32,719 nt of DNA from Fonticula alba ATCC 38817 (taxonomy: Eukaryota; Protista; Nucleariida). Position 1 is the stretch's first letter, and the number at the start of each line of letters is the position of its first letter. The translations under genes and the position numbers were made by a program. Location: NCBI GenBank assembly GCA_000388065.2, contig KB932207.1. One strand, written 5' to 3'. This document shows, in pieces, positions 31,427 through 32,719 of this stretch. The notes under the pieces were generated by a model that saw nothing but the letters and a program-made list of their open reading frames with translations, was not told where the DNA came from and did not search any database.

Positions 31427-32719
31427 TCACACATAGAGGACCCGGCCATTGGAGAAGGTGGCCGGTGCGACCACCCGCCACCACACATACGCCGACACCA
31501 CCGGGTCGTTGGCTGCCGTGCGAATGGGCACAAGGGCACACGGACACCGGGGCCGCCGGGCAAAACTCCGCGGCCAGAGGGACTCCGGGGCGGCAGCGCC
31601 CCGGGGCATGGACCCCGAGTCGGCCATGGCCGGCCAGCCATGGCTGCCGGCGACTTGCTGCCACCACGCGGCCGGGCCGTGGGTCGCCCGCGCTGGCGGC
31701 CATAGCCGTGCTACGGCCCGGCCATCGATCAGGCTCATGGACACCGGGCCGACGTTGCTGCTGTCCAGCGGGGCCTGGTCGGCCGGGCGTGCGATCGAGG
31801 GGGGCGCCCCGGTGCCACCAGGGCCGGCCGGAGGCCGCCCCTGGTCGGGGGGCTCCGGTGTGCAGGAACACCGGAACCGATCACGGCAGGAGGCTGGCGG
31901 GAAGTAGGACAGCGGGAACTTCGGGACCAGCCCCGCGTAGTAGGCGTACGCCCCGGAGCCAGCCCCATTGGCCGTGGCCCCGGCTCGAAGCAATACCCCC
32001 GAGGCGAAGAGGCCCTGCGTCGGGGCCGCGCCGCCAGCCGCCAGGCGGCCCAGCAGAGCCGACGCATCGCCGGCCGGCATTTGCTCGGAGGCCGGCAACA
32101 CGCCATGGCGAGCAGCTGGAACCCCGCCCAGCAGTATGGGGTGAATGCCGGGAACCGTGGTCCCGGGCGAGAGGTGCGGGTACCGGGCCGCCACGTCGGG
32201 CAGTTCCACCCAGGCGAAGTTGTTCTGAAGCAAGATAAAGGGGGTCACCTCGAAGAAGCCACCATTGTGATTGGCAATATGCTCCGGGCCGGGGGCCGGG
32301 GCAGGAGCAGCTTCCGCAGGGGAGGTGCCGGCCTTGGCCGGGGGGTCAGCTGGTCCGGGAGAAACACCGGGAGCCCCGGCCGGCGGCACGGCGCCAAGCG
32401 GCATGGAAGAGGTGGCGAGACTGGGATCGCCGTCTGAAGAAACCATGTCCCCGGGGGGACCGGGAGTCGCCTCCAGCAGGGAGGCCTCTCGCATGGAAGC
32501 CTCCAGCGCCGCCTGGCGGTGGGATTCGAGCGGGTCCATCGCGCGCGGCATGCCGATCGAAGGGGCCGACACGCCGAAGGCCTCCGGGCGCGTACTTACC
32601 AGATCCCCGCCGAGACCGATCACCCGGCGGAAGGAGACCCCGGATAGCTCCCCAGTGAGGAGGCGCTCCCGACGTCCAGGAGCCAAGTCGGCCCTGTGCC
32701 AGGAAAGAGGGCGAGCGGG
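31427..32719 (-). CDS. Hypothetical protein, 3' part; begins beyond the window end
   Basis: ORF of 419+ codons with globular-looking segments (HIANHNGGFFEVTPFILLQNNFAWVELPD; AYAYYAGLVPKFPLSYFP). Probable acceptor near 32697. No family recognised. Confidence 0.55.
   Translation of the reverse strand, partial: PARPLSWHRADLAPGRRERLLTGELSGVSFRRVIGLGGDLVSTRPEAFGVSAPSIGMPRAMDPLESHRQAALEASMREASLLEATPGPPGDMVSSDGDPSLATSSMPLGAVPPAGAPGVSPGPADPPAKAGTSPAEAAPAPAPGPEHIANHNGGFFEVTPFILLQNNFAWVELPDVAARYPHLSPGTTVPGIHPILLGGVPAARHGVLPASEQMPAGDASALLGRLAAGGAAPTQGLFASGVLLRAGATANGAGSGAYAYYAGLVPKFPLSYFPPASCRDRFRCSCTPEPPDQGRPPAGPGGTGAPPSIARPADQAPLDSSNVGPVSMSLIDGRAVARLWPPARATHGPAAWWQQVAGSHGWPAMADSGSMPRGAAAPESLWPRSFARRPRCPCALVPIRTAANDPVVSAYVWWRVVAPATFSNGRVLYV

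Noticed and set aside
32480-32530. UIM-like RQAALEASMRE
   Set aside because: Lacks the hydrophobic residue at -3 and the acidic N-terminal cap of a UIM.

Overview
GC-rich, intron-containing eukaryotic genomic DNA with many microsatellites, poly-C/poly-G runs and two N gaps. Gene content and composition suggest an early-branching opisthokont, for example a Fonticula-like holomycotan (inference only). Reconstructing splicing by hand gives about 11 protein genes: a V-ATPase Ac45/ATP6AP1-like subunit (-), cytosolic leucyl-tRNA synthetase (+, HIGH half missing), a Nop6-like RRM protein (+), an orphan two-TM protein (-), a large protein with 17 tandem atypical CCHC zinc-knuckle repeats (+), SNAPC3 (+), Ap4A phosphorylase (-), RAB5IF/OPTI (+), a TBC Rab-GAP (-), an RRG7/DUF2034 PD-(D/E)xK-like protein (+) and a partial orphan (-). 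The most striking signal is at 17566-17568. The 'stop' of the zinc-finger protein sits in register at the first Cys of an 18th finger (UGA-L-T-C-G-N-H...C), followed by 43 more coding-like codons, suggesting UGA recoding as Cys/Sec unless it is a recent nonsense change or sequencing error. Also notable: all 20 inferred 5' splice sites have C at +4, and an Illumina adapter fragment inside RAB5IF created a false 143-bp duplication. Most other ORFs in the track are GC/microsatellite artefacts.
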